64,000 bases of DNA from a virus. This document shows positions 47,819 through 59,133 of this stretch, in pieces (position 1 is the stretch's first letter; every line of letters starts with the position of its first letter). The stretch covers positions 5,145 to 69,144 of IMG/VR virus record IMGVR_UViG_3300037104_000892. One strand, 5' to 3'. The notes beneath the pieces are model-generated. The model had not been told where the DNA came from. It saw only the letters and a program-made list of their open reading frames with translations, and did no database searches. The translations under genes and the position numbers were made by a program.

Positions 47819-47917
47819 TTATCTTTGACCCTCCGTAATAGTTTCATAACACAACGGTAGCTGCTCACTAAATTGTGGGAGTTGTGAAAAGGGTAAATAT
47901 GTAAAGTACAAAGTCAT
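47819..47917 (-). CDS. Putative 32-aa leader peptide MTLYFTYLPFSQLPQFSEQLPLCYETITEGQR
   Basis: Lies between a class II promoter and the terminator; codons match array-2 tRNAs. Confidence 0.72.
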   Translation of the reverse strand: MTLYFTYLPFSQLPQFSEQLPLCYETITEGQR

Positions 47918-48008
47918 CTTCTTAATTTCTTTAATTTATTTATATATCAATTGCTGATTCTGTAATTATATTAACTTAATGTAAAAAGTTTCGTAAATTA
48001 ATGTATAT

Positions 48009-48647
48009 TTAACAATTTTTTAATTTTCTTCCTCTACGCCATCCATCGGGTATTTTATCTTCCTTATGAATTCGCATTTCTAATGATTCGTTTGTTATCC
48101 AACATCTTTTAATAAAAATAGTTGGATTATTTTTATAGAACAATTTTATTGATTCGTTTTTATTTTCTTTTGTTTTATCTGATTGTTTTAATCCTTCATG
48201 TGATTTACTTATCCGATCTTTTAATTCTTGATCTAAAACTACTCCTTTTCTTGGAGAAGTTCTTCCTGTCATAAATTCACTATGTCGTTTATTAGGTTTT
48301 CGTAGTTTTGATTTTTGATCTTCTGTCCACTGTAATCCTAAACAACCATCTCCTCCAAATGTTAAATTATATCCTTCTCGAGATACATGTGAATTCATTT
48401 CTTTAATCCAAAATTGTTCTTTTTCTCTCCATTCTTTTGGGTTGATGTATTCTATTATTCCCATTACAAATTTTTGCGCGCCATGTTTATCGATCAAGTC
48501 TTTAACGATATTACTGCTTCCGTAATAATTATCGTTTTCGTACTCTTTGTTTGTGGCGTGAAAACCTACATAACATTTTTTATTGTAAAGATTTACTATT
48601 TTGTAAATGTAGTAATATTTGTTATGATAATTTTTTAAATTTGACAC
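48009..48647 (-). CDS. GIY-YIG homing endonuclease
   Basis: YIYKI.N..N.K.YVG; GYNLT.GG. Confidence 0.85.
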   Translation of the reverse strand: MSNLKNYHNKYYYIYKIVNLYNKKCYVGFHATNKEYENDNYYGSSNIVKDLIDKHGAQKFVMGIIEYINPKEWREKEQFWIKEMNSHVSREGYNLTFGGDGCLGLQWTEDQKSKLRKPNKRHSEFMTGRTSPRKGVVLDQELKDRISKSHEGLKQSDKTKENKNESIKLFYKNNPTIFIKRCWITNESLEMRIHKEDKIPDGWRRGRKLKNC

Positions 48648-48965
48648 AAATTATTTTTTATTTTTATAGGGTGTTAGTTTGTTGTAAGGTTTGTACGCAA
48701 TATAATAGTAATGTCTACAATAGGGATAATATTCATTATAGTGATATTTATATTGTTTGTAATTTTCATGCGTAGGATAAGATTCAATTGGAGTATTAAA
48801 TGCGTACTTTACAAAAGAACATCCTGTCAAAGATAACAAACATATTATGATTACGAACAACTTTTTCATTGTTGTTAAAAAGTGTTAATTACAGTACTAA
48901 TATAACAATAATCTTTGACAAAAAAAAATTTTAATGGAAAAAAATGAATATATAAATTAAAAAAT

Positions 48966-49355
48966 ATGTCATTCACTTCTTTCAGTAACTATTTGTTTGA
49001 AAATGAAGAACTTGGGAATAAGAAAGTTTCTAAAGTTGGAAAAATTGAATCTATTTACGGATGGATTGATTACTGTTATGAACGATCTGATGAATATCCT
49101 AACGGCGTGGTTGTTGATTTGGGTGGTTATGTTTACAAACAATATCGTGGAAAAGGAAAATTGAAAGACATGTTAAAGAAACTTTTATCTTCTGTGCCGC
49201 CAGGCACTACAGTTCAAATGGCTGTTTCGAATCGTCATCTTATGAGTATGTTTAAAAGATTGGGATTTAAGAAAGTTAAAAGAATAGTGTATTGGGGTGA
49301 GAATTCTCACGCTATGGAAAATATTATAACTCCTGAATTAATCGATTCTATCTAA
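48966..49355 (+). CDS. GNAT-like acetyltransferase
   Basis: YV...YRGKG; N......FKRLGF. Confidence 0.55.
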   Translation: MSFTSFSNYLFENEELGNKKVSKVGKIESIYGWIDYCYERSDEYPNGVVVDLGGYVYKQYRGKGKLKDMLKKLLSSVPPGTTVQMAVSNRHLMSMFKRLGFKKVKRIVYWGENSHAMENIITPELIDSI

Positions 49356-50318
49356 TTTATTGCACAGTCTTCCAAAATGCTTTATGAAATTCCTCTTCAT
49401 TATATTTCGTTATATCTATGTTTTTGGTTATGATAAAATTATGCCACAAATTTTCCCATTGGTCTACTTGTTGTAACTTTCCTGATCTATGTCTTTTCAT
49501 TAAGTCTTGAACAAATTCCCAATTGTTCATTATTTCGAGAACTGTTTCATTATGAATTATGTATTCAGGTATTTGTTGTTCCTGTTGTACATTCTGAGGC
49601 CCAAAGAAGGCTTGAAAGATGTGTTGTTGTGCCATATTATAAGTTTATTAATCTCCTGTGTAACCTCCACTCGGTGTATCGCCATAAAATCTACTTACAG
49701 CATCAGAACCTGATTCGGATTCAGAATCCCATTTTCTATTTCCAACAAGACTCCAGAAAGTAGGTCTTGTTTCAACTAATTCACCTTCAGTTCCCCATTC
49801 TTTGATAAATTTTTGGAACCATCTTTCAAATTGTTCTTCACCTTTTATTCTTGATGATGACATAAAATCTTTTGGTAAATCGACTGTATCTTTTTGCCAT
49901 TTCCATTTTGGAGCATCTGGATCGATTTCAGGTGCTATTTTGTCCCATGTTAATTTTGATAGTGGGATACGTTTTTGTTCGTCTATTGATTCATATAAGT
50001 ATTTCATTTTAATTAATTATTTTCTTAATTTAAATCTAAGAATTATGCGATAATAAGGACCTTGTTGTTCATGTTTTAATGAGATAAATTTAAAATTAAG
50101 ATCATTTTTAAAAAAATCTTTTATTGGTTCTTGTTTTATATCATTAACGATTAGAAAGTTTTTATAAATAGCAGCATTATCAAAACCAGAAATAAAATTA
50201 GGGAATTTTTCTCTTAATTGTTTTTCAAGATTATCATAAAGAAATTTCATTCCTATTTCCATGTCTTTTATTGGATCAGTTTCCTCGGCAAATTTTTCGT
50301 TGATAAATCGAGCTCTCA

Positions 50319-50624
50319 TTATCTTCTCCCATATTTTAAGTCAAATATATTTGATAACACTTGTATCAAATTACTTGGTGATGTATTTTTGCCCGAAACT
50401 TTTTTTCCAAAACTACCTGGCCTTGAAGGACTACTAATTGAAATTTCGGATTCCCATTTAGGACCCATATCCATTACTCGACTTACATCTCGTAATGAAA
50501 AATAAATGTTAGGAGCAATTCGAATATAGTTTTTCATGAGTACTGAGATCAATCCGATCAATACAATTACTGATACGAGAACGATTGAACCAACGATTAA
50601 AAGTGATTTTACTTCGGGTGTCAT
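50319..50624 (-). pseudogene. Probable truncated flotillin/SPFH N-terminus fused to unrelated sequence
   Basis: N-terminal TM then YIRIAPN; directly downstream of an NfeD-like gene. Confidence 0.45.
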
Positions 50625-50667
50625 TGTTTGTTTGTTTTAAAATTAATAATTATGTTTATGTTTATGT

Positions 50668-51207
50668 TTAAATTTTTTCGACTATTAAAAGGCCGTCTTG
50701 TGATGATACAACTTTAACAATTTCGTTTAAATAAACTTTGTTGTTTGCAACTTCTCGAAATGTGTAATGAAAATTATCGATACTACATTCTCCAATTCCT
50801 TGTGTACCTGTTGCTGTGGTTACAAGAGCAGTTTTTCCGCTGAATGTGGCTGCATCTCTAACTCCACCTGCCTGTTGACTATAAAAACCAAGCATAATAA
50901 GATAAGCAACTCCTGCAAGAAATATGCCTGTTCCAAATCCTAAAAGAAGTTGTCCACCTATACCCCATCCAAGAAGTAATTTTGCTACAAGTCCGGCGAC
51001 ACCAAATCCTGCAAATAATGCAGATATCGTTCGAACTGAAAAAAGACCAGGTGTTGCGTTTCCATCGGTATCATGATCTCCATGAAAATCGTGGCCACCT
51101 CCTAAATCATGATCACCTATGCTTAGGTCATGATCTATATTTCCAAAGATTGCTAATGCGAATATAGCCAATCCTAAAAATAAGAGTACTAAATAAAATC
51201 CTACCAT
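50668..51207 (-). CDS. NfeD-like membrane protein
   Basis: TM, D/H-rich loop, FS.R....F..GFG..G, C-terminal OB-like domain ending LIVEK. Confidence 0.7.
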   Translation of the reverse strand: MVGFYLVLLFLGLAIFALAIFGNIDHDLSIGDHDLGGGHDFHGDHDTDGNATPGLFSVRTISALFAGFGVAGLVAKLLLGWGIGGQLLLGFGTGIFLAGVAYLIMLGFYSQQAGGVRDAATFSGKTALVTTATGTQGIGECSIDNFHYTFREVANNKVYLNEIVKVVSSQDGLLIVEKI

Positions 51208-51292
51208 TTTGTGTTTTGTTTAATTGTTAATGAATAAAGTTAAATATAATTAAAAAAAATGAACTAAAAAAATGTTTGAAGTTAATGTTTTG

Positions 51293-51904
51293 TTAAGAAT
51301 TTTTAAGGTCTTTTTGTTCTTCAATACTCAATGTAAGCATATCAGCACTTATAATAAGATTTACCAAAGGGTAATCACGTGATGCATTATATGCATAATT
51401 TTGAGGGGTATTCATAATCATTGTACTAATTTCTGTAGCACCCATGTGCCAACGAATTGCCAATGCTTCTTGATCTGTAAGTTTAATGAATTTAGAAATC
51501 AAAAATATTGATTTTTCGCCATGGCCAAGTGGAAATGCATCTCGAACTTCATAACCGATGTAATCTTTCCATTTACCAGCATCATCTTTGGTCCATTTCT
51601 TAGTAACGAAATAGTTATTTGTTTTACAAACATCATGAAATAATCCACATATAATGGCAGATTCTCTCAAAGATTCGAGTTCAGGTTTTTCTTTTACAAT
51701 CATATTCAAATTATGAAGAGCGAATCTTGTAACATTCAATGAATGGGCCAAAAGTCCACCTTCAAAATTTCCATGAAAGTTAGTTGATGCCGGAGCTGTA
51801 AAGTAATCCGTTTCAGTTTCTAGCCAATTAACTAATTGGTCAATGCCTTCTCTTTTAATAAAACCAATTGCTTTGTTAAAACTTTCTCTTCTTTGTGTTG
51901 TCAT
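51293..51904 (-). CDS. HD-domain phosphohydrolase
   Basis: APAST.FHG...GGL..HS; LFHDVCK; GHGEKS; IRWHM; AD. Confidence 0.8.
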   Translation of the reverse strand: MTTQRRESFNKAIGFIKREGIDQLVNWLETETDYFTAPASTNFHGNFEGGLLAHSLNVTRFALHNLNMIVKEKPELESLRESAIICGLFHDVCKTNNYFVTKKWTKDDAGKWKDYIGYEVRDAFPLGHGEKSIFLISKFIKLTDQEALAIRWHMGATEISTMIMNTPQNYAYNASRDYPLVNLIISADMLTLSIEEQKDLKNS

Positions 51905-51917
51905 TATGTTATGTTTG

Positions 51918-52703
51918 TTAGGATGTTTGTTTCTTTTCGTTTTTCTTTATTATAGTAGCATAAAAACTTGGATTTGAATGTGGTTTAAGTATAAATGCAA
52001 CAAAATCTTGTGTTTCTTTATAAGGAGGAACACCACTATATTTTATTACGTTTGCATAACCAGCATTATATGCTGCAACTGCCAATCGTAATAAATTCTT
52101 TTCTGAATTTCCTCTTTCTCTCCAAAATTCTTGTAAGCCATTCAAATAACATAAGCCTATGTAAATATCTTCTTGTGTTTTATCCAATTTCATTGTGTCA
52201 ACACGAAGTTCATCATAATATATTTTTCGTGTATCTGGCATTAATTGAGTTAAGCCTGTTGCGCCTACAGGAGATTGTACTGCTTCATTAAAAGAAGATT
52301 CTTTAAATATTAATCTAAATGCAACTCTAGGTGATATTTTGAGTTCTTGAGAAAGTTTATATGTGTATTCTACATATTTAAAATCAATACAATCAGGTAT
52401 TAAAATTTCAGATTCAAATTCAATCTGTTGAATTACACTTTGTTTATAAATTTCTTCATACATCTGAACGTATTTATCGTATTCTGCTTTTGCTACCATA
52501 GATTCTTCGATCGAATTTCCGGATGCTTGTGTTTCTGACATAGCTGGATATTTTGCTCCAACATTTAAGTACATCAACATGAAAATGAGTAGTAGAGATT
52601 TACTGAATTTTTTTAAGGCATTTTTAAAAATTAGCAAATAACTTGTCGAGACCTCGATTTTTTTGTCCGTCTCAATAGACATTTGGTTCTTTTCTTTCAT
52701 CAT
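51918..52703 (-). CDS. Lytic transglycosylase (SLT domain), membrane-anchored
   Basis: ESSF...SPVGA.GL.QLMP.T; AAYNAG; PPY.ETQ.FV. Confidence 0.88.
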   Translation of the reverse strand: MMKEKNQMSIETDKKIEVSTSYLLIFKNALKKFSKSLLLIFMLMYLNVGAKYPAMSETQASGNSIEESMVAKAEYDKYVQMYEEIYKQSVIQQIEFESEILIPDCIDFKYVEYTYKLSQELKISPRVAFRLIFKESSFNEAVQSPVGATGLTQLMPDTRKIYYDELRVDTMKLDKTQEDIYIGLCYLNGLQEFWRERGNSEKNLLRLAVAAYNAGYANVIKYSGVPPYKETQDFVAFILKPHSNPSFYATIIKKNEKKQTS

Positions 52704-54818
52704 TAAATTTTTTAATTAGACATTAATCACTCGTAAAGAGCGATACACTTCCAACATGATGATCAACGTCATCATCTTGTGAAATTACTAGCGGAGGAGT
52801 AACAAAAATGTTATCCTCAGGTTCCATATCCTTTTCATTTATATATCTTTGGGTGCTTGATATTTTTTCACCTGGTTGAAGATTTTTAAGGATCATATAT
52901 GGTCTATCTTTTATTTGTCCGTCAACTAATTTCAATGTTTTAAACTGTAACTCTTCTTCTTCAGTTACTATTCTTGCGACACAATTTAATGTTGTACCTT
53001 TTATTAAAATATACTTTCCGCAAGGCTTGTTAAGACTAAAATTCAAAACATCTTTTGAAAAGACTCCGCCTTTACTTTTGTTCCAAACTCTAAAAACCTG
53101 TCCATTAATATGCATGGGAAGTGCTAATGTGTGGTGATTTTCGAAAATTGTAACGATGATATTGTCGATCACATTAGGTATTAAAAGTTCAATTTTAATA
53201 TCCGTAACTGTATCGTTTATCAATTCAGGGGATTCTTGTATTTTATTTTTTCGTTTCATTTAATTTCTTTTTAGATATAAATTTATATGCGGTTGTTTCT
53301 ATCAATATTTTTACTGAATAAAATTCTTTTTTATCAATCATTTTTTTTACTTGTGCTGACCATGTACTTGGATCGATAACCATATCAGGCTGTGAAAGAT
53401 ATTCATCCACTTGTTTGATATTTCCTTTAATATAATTATCAATGATCTCTTTAACTCTTGGTTCTTTCATAATGTTTTCTGTTCTCCTAATCCATCATCT
53501 GCAACTATTAACCAACGTCCTCTCATGTCATCTTTTGATGAACGAACTTCCTGTGGGTTAACACTTACGATAAATCCTGACTTACCTATAAAGGCATTCA
53601 CTAAATGAAAACTTCCTCCTTCAGTTTCTGAGCAATTGTAATCGCTATGTACTATGAATATTTTCTGCATTTTGTTCTTTATTACAAAGTTTAAAAGTTT
53701 CGTCAAAGCACATTTGCAATACTGTAGTTACATTTGCTCTTGACATGTATTTGTATGTTTCTTCACAGCTTCCTTCAACTTGTACGTCAAATTCTTCAAA
53801 AGCTGCTTTACAGAACTCGTTGCATTTTTTTACAACTTCCGCATACACTTCTTGTTTTTCCATTACTTTTGTTTTAATATTGCTTCAAAATCTTTAAGTT
53901 CTTTAACCATATCGCCTGGATAAAATTCGAGAGCGTCATAAACAGATTTGGAATCAACTTTATAATATCTGCAATATTCTTTTATTACTTCTTTACTAAT
54001 TGGAATCTGTTTTTCTTTAACTGCTTGAGCTTTTTTAACTCCCTTTGTATACATCCACCCTGGCACAAATTTGTATTGCTTTCGCAAAAATATTTGCCAA
54101 AAGTCCATTACTGCTGCTTGATTAATTTTCAAATTTTGTAGAGCGTTTGCTTGCATTGGAAAATTTATTGCAAATCTGCGTTGACACATGAAGTAGTGTT
54201 TTCTTTTCTCGCCAGGAGTTAATGAAGAATAAGTTACTGGGTCTGTAAATACTACTTTGATAAAATCAAATAATTCCATTTATAGTCTGTTTTCGCTCTA
54301 GAGTCTCTATTTCCTTTGAAGTACTCTGGATTTATTATATGGTGAAAATTAAAAAAGTTTTCAAATTTCCTTTAAGTTTTTGTTAAATTTACGACCATGG
54401 TAAGTTGGTCTTGGGGAATAACGTTGAGTTACCGGGTTCAATTTTTTCGTAATCTGGAACATCTTCTACCGTTTCGCGAGCTGTCTGAGAATTCTTAGCC
54501 GGTGCTTTTGTCTTCTTAGGTGTACTGGGTGATGATTCGAGTTCATTCTGAGCATAAGGTCTGGTTTCATACTGTTTTTCGCTTGTTAAGCGATCGCTTG
54601 AACGTACAGGTTTTTCTCTTACTATAAAAAGTGAAGGATTTCCTTGAATATACTGAACAAATTCCCAGCATCCTGATTTTTCAGTTTGTTCAATAACATT
54701 TGAAAGCAATTGTCTGAGGTTAGTAAAATTTATTCCCTCTAACGATCTTGTTTCAGGTATTAATGAATACAACTCCTGAATGTTAACTAATTTTGTCATG
54801 TGTTTATGTATTTAAATG

Positions 54819-56006
54819 TTAAAATAATGCAGTTCCTTTTATGCGATCAATCTGTTTAAAGATTGGCGCTTCGTTGTTTCTTTTTGATTCTGTAACATAA
54901 CGAGTTCCTTCAAGTAAATCACGCATATTAACGCTTCCATAATTAATACGTGGTTTATCTAATTGAGCTTGTTTTAAGTTGTTGAAAGTATCAACTATTT
55001 TTTCTGGAAAGAAATGTTGATCAAGAACTACAAGTTTTACTTGTCTCATAATTCTTTCTGCCATCATTTCTTTAGTGAATGGAAGTTTTACTTTAATTAC
55101 TTTTTCAATGGCTGTCTGAACTTTTTCAGTTCGACTAAGTAGATCATATTGATCCATTAATTCTGTTGGAGAAATAAGAAGAGATTCATAAATTTTTTCA
55201 AATTTTGAATTTGTTACTCTTACTTCAACACCTTTATCATTTAACCATGAATAGATTGCTGGAATATTATCTCCATCATCACCACAAAACATTTTACGAA
55301 GTGCTATCATTCTTCCATCGACTACTTCCATTCGTGTTCTTTCTGAAGTTATGATTTTGTGAAAGTCTTCTTTGTCAACGTTGATAGTCCCTCTCATATT
55401 CATAAAATCAACGGCATCTGCTTCATTTATCCATTGTTCGAAATATTTGGGGACGTAAAGTTTACGCGAAGCATTTTTTCCTTGCATGAATGGATTGTAC
55501 ACCGTTACGAAAGCAAATTTCTTATTGGGAGCATCATACGGCCAAAATTTAACTAATTGGCGTAAATCTTCATCACCAGATACAATTATTGTATGCTGAT
55601 CGTGCTGAAATGTTAATTCATAAGCCCAAAGTGCTATAACATCATCAGCTTCTGCGTTTTCAATTTTGGTAACGATCATTCCATTTTTTTCCATTAACTC
55701 ACAGAATTCAGTTAATGAGTTATAAACATTATTCCAATTTATGATACTCGATTTGACTCTTTGTGCTTTGTAACCATCATTTTCGTCAATCTTAATATCT
55801 TTTCTCCATGATTTTGCGTCAAGCGCGAATATGATGCGAGATGGATTAACGATACGAACAATGAACGCGATGTCCATTGCCATTTTACGTATTAACTGAT
55901 CAACTTCGGATTGTGAATCGAATGTAAATTGTTTACTCCCGTAACCTCCAACGACAAAAAGACTTCTATGTGCTATATTGCTTAAATCAAATATTAAATT
56001 TGTCAT
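54819..56006 (-). CDS. 5'-3' exonuclease / T4 RNase H-like flap nuclease
   Basis: D.SN; D..SWRK; YK..R; EADD; SGD.D..QL; GD..DNIP. Confidence 0.85.
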   Translation of the reverse strand: MTNLIFDLSNIAHRSLFVVGGYGSKQFTFDSQSEVDQLIRKMAMDIAFIVRIVNPSRIIFALDAKSWRKDIKIDENDGYKAQRVKSSIINWNNVYNSLTEFCELMEKNGMIVTKIENAEADDVIALWAYELTFQHDQHTIIVSGDEDLRQLVKFWPYDAPNKKFAFVTVYNPFMQGKNASRKLYVPKYFEQWINEADAVDFMNMRGTINVDKEDFHKIITSERTRMEVVDGRMIALRKMFCGDDGDNIPAIYSWLNDKGVEVRVTNSKFEKIYESLLISPTELMDQYDLLSRTEKVQTAIEKVIKVKLPFTKEMMAERIMRQVKLVVLDQHFFPEKIVDTFNNLKQAQLDKPRINYGSVNMRDLLEGTRYVTESKRNNEAPIFKQIDRIKGTALF

Positions 56007-56485
56007 ATTTTATTTTCTAATTGTTTGTACTTTATACCTTTTTTATTTTTATTCCAAGGCGTTTTTCCTGTATTACCTATTGATATTTTTGATTTCCTCG
56101 TTTCACTACACCCTTTTATACGTTTTTTAGATAATCTCTGTTTAGTTATGTTTTGTTCTTCCTGAGAACGATATGAAAAAGTATCACCTCCATCTCCTCC
56201 TAGTGTTAAATTATAACCTTTTTCTGATACATGGGATTTCATTTCTTTTATCCAAAACTTTTCTTTTTCTTTCCATGTGTCGAAATTAATATATTCGATT
56301 ATGCCAGTAATAAAATTATCTTCGCCATATTCTTTAATTTTTCTTTTGAGTAAAATACCACTGCCTCGGTATGTATCTTTTTCGTATTCACTATTTGAAG
56401 CATGAAAACCTACATATTTTTTTCCATTTAACATGTTTTTTGTCATGTAAATAAAATAATATTTGTGGGCTTTGGTTTTTCTCAT
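56003..56485 (-). CDS. GIY-YIG homing endonuclease
   Basis: FIYMT.N..NGK.YVG; GSG; GYNLT.GG. Confidence 0.82.
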   Translation of the reverse strand: MRKTKAHKYYFIYMTKNMLNGKKYVGFHASNSEYEKDTYRGSGILLKRKIKEYGEDNFITGIIEYINFDTWKEKEKFWIKEMKSHVSEKGYNLTLGGDGGDTFSYRSQEEQNITKQRLSKKRIKGCSETRKSKISIGNTGKTPWNKNKKGIKYKQLENKI

Positions 56486-56743
56486 TATTTAGAATTTTTG
56501 TATTCGTACCAATTTTTGTAATGAGGGTATGCTAGTTTCCTTAAAGTACGAGATGTTAATCCCACATAAGGAGTTTTTACTACTTCATAAAATCCAGCTT
56601 TTACCCATTTAAGATAACCGGCTTTTGTAAACCAATTCCTGTAATTATCTACAGTAGTCATTGTGCCAAATTCCTGAGCCAATATTTCGTGACGTCTAAT
56701 TACATCACCAATTACTGCATGGCCTAAGTAATTGTTAAATTTA

Positions 56744-57238
56744 TCAAATGTTGTCATTGCTATTCAATTTTTCGATTATTTCTTCTTTTTTGTGTGATTG
56801 TTTTATTCCTTCGTATATTCGTGTAACAATAACGAAATGTTCATCCGGAATCCAGGGTGTTAAATACAAATCATCTATTGCAACCCATGCATCTGGTTTA
56901 AATTCAGCTACATGTTCCAATATTTCTTTGGCCCTAAATTCATCCAACCTTTGCATATTTGTTTTGTAGGTAGTTGTAACTCCTATTGGAGGTTTGATGA
57001 TTCCGGCCCATTCTGTAAATATTCCTTGTAATTCTTCCAAAGAAAATCTATTTCTCCAATCGCTGGAAACAACTATCTCAGTTCCGGTTTTTTCAAGTAT
57101 CTCATTATATACAGAAACTGCTTTAGGGTTAAATCTATGAATCGAACCCCATTTTGATTGTTTTGCGTTGATCTCGGATGCCAACGTCAATACATAATCT
57201 ATGTCTGTATATAAAATTTTCATAGTTAAATATAACAA
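56744..57238 (-). CDS. HAD-family phosphatase (RNA-repair-associated type)
   Basis: DIDYV; IVVSSDWR; R..EI; WVAIDD. Confidence 0.72.
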   Translation of the reverse strand: MLYLTMKILYTDIDYVLTLASEINAKQSKWGSIHRFNPKAVSVYNEILEKTGTEIVVSSDWRNRFSLEELQGIFTEWAGIIKPPIGVTTTYKTNMQRLDEFRAKEILEHVAEFKPDAWVAIDDLYLTPWIPDEHFVIVTRIYEGIKQSHKKEEIIEKLNSNDNI

Positions 57239-57278
57239 TAATTTCTGACACTAAAAAACTTTATGGATTAAAATTTTG

Positions 57279-57828
57279 TTAAATTTTTAACCCAGCATTA
57301 TCGTCGTATAGTATTGCTATGTATCTATTGCTATTATCATCCATTGCCAAATCTACTGAAATGATATCTGGTTTAATTTCATCAATCCATTTATCAATTT
57401 CCTTTTGCATGCCATCGACGCTGGAACCATAAACAAGTTTTATTCTTTTCATAATTGTATTGTATTAGGAGCTTCGGGTTCTGTATAAACTATCATTACT
57501 TGACAATATATGCTTCCTGATGGAGTCATAGAAGATGAGAGTTTAATATCTTCGATAGTTACGTTTTTGTTTTTTTCTAACCACTTATTTGCTGTGTCTT
57601 TAGCGCCAGTGCCAAATTCATTAAAAAGTTCTATTTTCATAATTTTAGGGTATTTTTATCTTCTTCAATAGTATCATAAACTATCATCGCGTATGTATAG
57701 CCATCATCATGAACAATATACTTAATATCAACATATTTTACTTTATCTTTATTTATTTTAAAGAAGTTATTTATTTGTTTTTCAACTTCTGCTTGATCTT
57801 TGGTTACACAAATAGATACTTGTATCAT
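57279..57828 (-). repeat. Three tandem paralogous ~57-63 aa ORFs (57637-57828, 57449-57640, 57279-57452)
   Basis: Shared E..IN.F/W....DIK.....(M/I)(I/L)VY pattern; ATGA overlaps; third ORF is below the track cut-off. Confidence 0.6.
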
Positions 57829-57831
57829 TTC

Positions 57832-58785
57832 TTATGAGTTTATGATAAGCTGTATTTTGTAAACACAACTTAAAAGGGTTATTAAAGGATCGATGACTAA
57901 AGTTCTTTGAGATTGATGTTCTGCCACAGCAATGATTATCATAGGAATTTTATCCGCTTTAGTCGGAACATTTGATTTAATATACTCTATTAAATCCTGA
58001 CCAAGTGCATTGAGTGCATCGTCTATCCTACTGGCATATTCTCCAACTATAAACTTGTAGTTTTGATATGCTTTATCAGGTTTGTTAAAACATATTTTGA
58101 AAAGATCTTCATAATCGTAGTTGATATTGTAGTTCTTTTCTGTAAGTTCATGAACTTCTTGAAGATACAGAGATTGAATTTTGGTCATCAACTGCCTCAT
58201 ATCCGGAAATTCATTCTTAACAAATTTATGAAGAATTTCGTCTGTATAAGTTATTTTGGCTGCGGTTAATATCAATGCAATTCTTTTCTTATATTCTGTC
58301 ATCAAATATTCTTCTTCTTGAGCATTTAAAGGATCGAATGATATACGATCAAAACGAGAAAATACTCCTTCAGGAATTTTCTGTACATAGTTTGTCGCAA
58401 CTATGAAACGAGCCATATTTGAATACTTTTCGATTGGAACTTTGATTGCATCAAAAAAGGCTGCTGTTGCTCCATCAACCTCATCAATCAAAACACATTT
58501 AAGTCTTTCTTTGCCTCCATCAAGCGAAATAGTTGAACAAAATCTTGCTAATTGGCCACCTACAAATTCCGCTTTTGCATCCCTGCCATTTATGTATAGC
58601 GTTGGATGTCCTTTAGCTATTATCCACATTGTACTTGTTTTTCCAGTACCTGGACTTCCATACAATAGCGTGTTTAAAACTAAACCTTTAGATAAAGTTC
58701 TTTTAATTCTATCTGGAGCTATTAAATTTGCAAAGTCTTTGGGACGAAATTTTTCTGTGAATAGTTGTTCTAAACTACTGTTCAT
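57832..58785 (-). CDS. Clamp loader subunit (RFC / T4 gp44-like AAA+)
   Basis: EKFRP; GSPGTGKT; IDEVD; SRF; FPDMR. Confidence 0.88.
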   Translation of the reverse strand: MNSSLEQLFTEKFRPKDFANLIAPDRIKRTLSKGLVLNTLLYGSPGTGKTSTMWIIAKGHPTLYINGRDAKAEFVGGQLARFCSTISLDGGKERLKCVLIDEVDGATAAFFDAIKVPIEKYSNMARFIVATNYVQKIPEGVFSRFDRISFDPLNAQEEEYLMTEYKKRIALILTAAKITYTDEILHKFVKNEFPDMRQLMTKIQSLYLQEVHELTEKNYNINYDYEDLFKICFNKPDKAYQNYKFIVGEYASRIDDALNALGQDLIEYIKSNVPTKADKIPMIIIAVAEHQSQRTLVIDPLITLLSCVYKIQLIINS

Positions 58786-59133
58786 ATCTATGTTTATCTA
58801 TTGTATGTACGAAAATATTCAAAGTTTTTTAAAAAAGTGTTAATTAACACTGGAAAGTAACCTCAGTACCATTATCAAGTAATACAGTAGCCAAAGAATT
58901 TTCATCTATTTTCAATAATCTTCCTTCGAAATGTTCATTTGAAATTGTATTCCATTGAACCCTTTCTCCGATCATACATTGATAATCAAGATAGGAAATT
59001 TTCTTTTGTGTTTTTGTTTTTTTCATTTTTTTAGGTTTCGATTTATGAGATTCTTCATCAAATAAATCATTGACAGTTTTCCCACATATAACACATGGTC
59101 CGCCATCAGTTTCAAAATAATGTTCGTGTTTTT

